Shown in pieces: positions 61,151 through 64,000 of a stretch of 64,000 bases of DNA (the first letter of the stretch is position 1; each line of letters starts with the position of its first letter). The stretch lies in NCBI RefSeq assembly GCF_009914755.1, contig NC_060926.1. One strand, given 5' to 3'. A program made the position numbers and the translations under genes. Below the pieces are notes generated by a model that saw only the letters and a list, made by a program, of their open reading frames with translations, was not told the origin of the DNA and ran no database searches. This DNA is from the human T2T-CHM13v2.0 reference genome, Homo sapiens.

Positions 61151-61549
61151 ATCATGGGCTGAATTGTGTCTCCCCAAAATTCATATGTTGAATCTCTACC
61201 CACTCGTGTGACTATATTAAATATAAGGCCTTTTAGGAAATAACTATGGTTAAATGAGGTTACAGGTGTAGGGACAGAATCTAATAGAATTGGTGTCCTG
61301 ATAAGGCCACCAGTCTTTGTGTATGGAGAGCTCTCTGTCTCCATGCACATGAACCAAAGAAAGACCCTGTGAAAACACAGAGAGGAGGAGGCCATCTGCA
61401 AGCCAGAAAGGCAGTACTCACCAGAATCAGCCCATGCTGGCACCCTGATCTTGGATTTTAGCCTCCAGAACTGTGAGAAAATGAATTTCAATGATTTAAG
61501 ACATCTAGTCTGTGATATTTTGTTATGGCAGCTTGACCTGACTGATACA
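61151..61549 (+). mobile_element. MLT1B-like MaLR LTR
   Basis: atgggctgaattgtgtctccccaaaattcatatgttgaa...ggccatctgcaagcca...ttttgttatggcagc...ctgataca. Confidence 0.88.
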
Positions 61550-61720
61550 GTGGGATTAATCAAGGTTTATGGGATTATTGACATATTTGACCTATTTAAA
61601 ATCCCTGCTATGTTTGTGGATGGATCCTGCCTCCTTTCTTATAATCTTGAACTTGATATATACTCGTATTTCATGACAAATCTGCTTAAAAAGAAGTTGT
61701 TTTCACAATAGTCCATTTCC

Positions 61721-61727
<7 letters not shown>

Positions 61728-61753
<26 letters not shown>
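61728..61753. repeat. (CA)n microsatellite
   Basis: Direct reading. Confidence 0.95.
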
Positions 61754-62027
61754 ATCATGCCATTGTCTCCTGAAAAATCTCATTATGGTGTTTTGCCCTA
61801 AGGTTTAAAAACAAACAAAGGGAAACCTTATTTTAATGTTTAATAAATGCACCTTAACCAGAGAGTATGCCTTGGGTTTTCTTCCATACTTCTGCTATGG
61901 GTGAAATGAACCAGATATTTTTCCTATTTGCAGGTATTTCCAATCTGATGTGGTAGAACTGGTGGGAGTGGATGCTGTAGCTTCTAGCTAGGGAGGCCCT
62001 TCTCGTAGACAGTCCTCTTGCTTTAGA

Positions 62028-62158
62028 GCAAAGTTTCTCAACTTTGAATGTGAATATAAATCACCTGAGCATTCTTTTAGCCCTCACCTGAGATTGCACA
62101 TATTGACCTGGGGAAGCTGATGTGGCTACTCTGTGGAGAAGATTTTGAACATAAAGGA
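62028..62158. mobile_element. MER5-type hAT MITE remnant
   Basis: gtttctcaactttgaatgtgaatataaatcacctgag...gctgatgtggct...ttttgaac. Confidence 0.6.
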
Positions 62159-63499
62159 TTAAGAGTGCCCCACATATCACTAAATAATGAAACACAAAGC
62201 ATGTTTCCCCCTTGAAAACCACAGTTGCTTTTGTTCCAAATCATGCATCCGAAATTACCCAAAGTGGAGGTCTAAACAGACCAACTTCCTCAGATGACAG
62301 TGCCCTTTGAGTTGGATGATACATATTTAGGAAGTGCTTAAAACTGCCTAGAAATGCTTAGTCATTAAAGAAAAAACTAGGGAGGGAGCATACTTGTTGT
62401 TTGTCCCTGGGTAGTTTGACAGGTTAATCCCCATCTTGGGTTCAGAAATATCCATTCACCATCCATGAGTCCTGAGATTAAGTCCAGTTTCTGCTTTTAC
62501 TTAGTCTCTGCCACCACTCAGGTATGTTGGCTGCAAGACATCCCACAGAAGAGCCAGTAGGCTTAAGCCCCTGGGTCCGGACAGCAATCCTGGGAAAGAT
62601 CCTGGGGGATTCTCCATGAGAAAATGGGTGGGTAGTGGACGCGGCTTGATTTACAACATTTAACTTTTGAGAAAAAAATATATGAGTCTCCATTTGAATC
62701 CTTATTCTCATGCACACAGATTTTAAGACCAAGATTATTTGGAATTGTTTAGCTATACCTCTTTTAAAACACTACAAAATCAAATCTTATTTTAATTTGT
62801 AGCAGTAAGGGAGAGCAAATTCAGGAGAAGATATTTATAGAATTTTAGGTCCTGGTTGCAGTGATTTTAAGAAAGATCATGATAGGCAGGAAATTGATTG
62901 AAATTTGGGGGAGTTTTTGAAAATAGTAGCTAAGGAATGGTGGTTATAGCAGGGTGAGGGTCTTAAAGCAAGGATGGATATGAAAGCTGTTTGTTTTAAT
63001 AAGTAAAATATTTAGTTGTTCTACAAGGATTTTTCTCAATCAGGGAGGATGTGGTCATTTGGACTTTTTCACTTTAGAAATCCCACTCATTCCTCTGGCT
63101 CTTGATGCCTCTGCTCAGAGGCTTCTTTGAGCTGTGTGCATAGCTGAAAATCCTGATAATTGGACTTGGCTCCAGAACACAAAATGGAGGGCATAGGCCA
63201 TGGCAGTGTCCAGCCATAGGTTGCAGAGTCACCAATGGATGTCAGGAATGAGGGTGCAGTTTGAGAAACCTTTCTGAGCCACCTATTTAAGTAGCTCTCT
63301 GCCTGGTGGCTACCCTGGACATCCAGCCAGATGTGGGTGTGGTGTCTAGACAGAGTTAGTGCAAGCAAAATCAGAATGCAGGTGCTTGGGAAGGTCAAAA
63401 CTCAAAAGGAGCCTACCTCCTCAGAATAGTGGCCACGTAAAGTGATTAACAAAATGTAGGGAGACATAGTTTTCTAAGCTCCTACATGTCCATTAACTA

Positions 63500-63650
63500 A
63501 CTTGATCTAATCAACTAACATGATCACATTCTGATTTTATATATAAGCAAACTGAAGCCTTGGAACATGGCTTAGCCACCTTAGGTTGCACAGACGAGCT
63601 AGCAGTCACTCAAAGACAGGCCTGTGCTACTTTACAGCCCAGGCTATTTC
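63500..63650 (-). mobile_element. MIR fragment
   Basis: attttatatataagcaaactgaagcct...ccttaggttgcacag. Confidence 0.5.
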
Positions 63651-64000
63651 TGTTGTCCCACTGGCTTCCTGGCATGGAGCAAAGCTCATCTGCCTTGGTG
63701 TTCTCTGGCAAATAGGCAGCTCTCTATAAAGTGTTTGGAGTTCTGGTCCAAGAGTTTTGGCTTTTCAGGGCATCTTTCTAGCCCAGAGTCTGTGGCCTTT
63801 TCTTGTTGCCCTAGCTGAGAATGCTGCCAGAGATAATCCTGGGTAATGTGTGGAAGAGGATGAGTCAAAAGTGTGGAAACTCAGCACATAAATAAAGACA
63901 AAGCAACACAACCATCAAAATTAAATCAGGAAAAGCAAAATAACTACTCTTCTTGGCTGGTTAGTCATGTGGGGCCTGGGTCTGGGTCTGAGATGAACCA

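Noticed and set aside
62780-63080. Possible ancient LTR fragment
   Set aside because: Too diverged to assign termini or family by eye

Overview
Primate (hominoid, most likely human or great ape) AT-rich, gene-poor intronic/intergenic DNA. I can support no host protein-coding gene, RNA gene or CRISPR array. The window is largely interspersed repeats: a full-length but disabled L1PA3/L1PA2-type LINE-1 (20781-26815, with TSD), older L1 remnants (L1MC1, L1MA, L1MD/MC, L1PA15/16), about 12 Alus, MaLR elements (solo MSTA, THE1A, MST, MLT1 LTRs and an LTR-int-LTR MSTA provirus), a MER34-like LTR, hAT and mariner MITEs, and MIR/L2 fragments. Nearly all ORFs in the track are L1/Alu/LTR pieces or chance. 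The most striking unexplained structure is a ~2.9-kb almost pure A/T compound minisatellite (13171-16056) inside an L1MC1. It is bounded by a perfect 42-bp terminal inverted repeat whose arms are themselves hairpins, and two of its internal arrays are near reverse complements (PATRR/rare-fragile-site-like). Several smaller fold-back or templated-insertion scars also occur (6682-6775, 11569-11642, 29142-29449, 29668-29820, 53466-53492). Subfamily calls come from remembered consensus motifs, not a database search; coordinates of old repeats are approximate.
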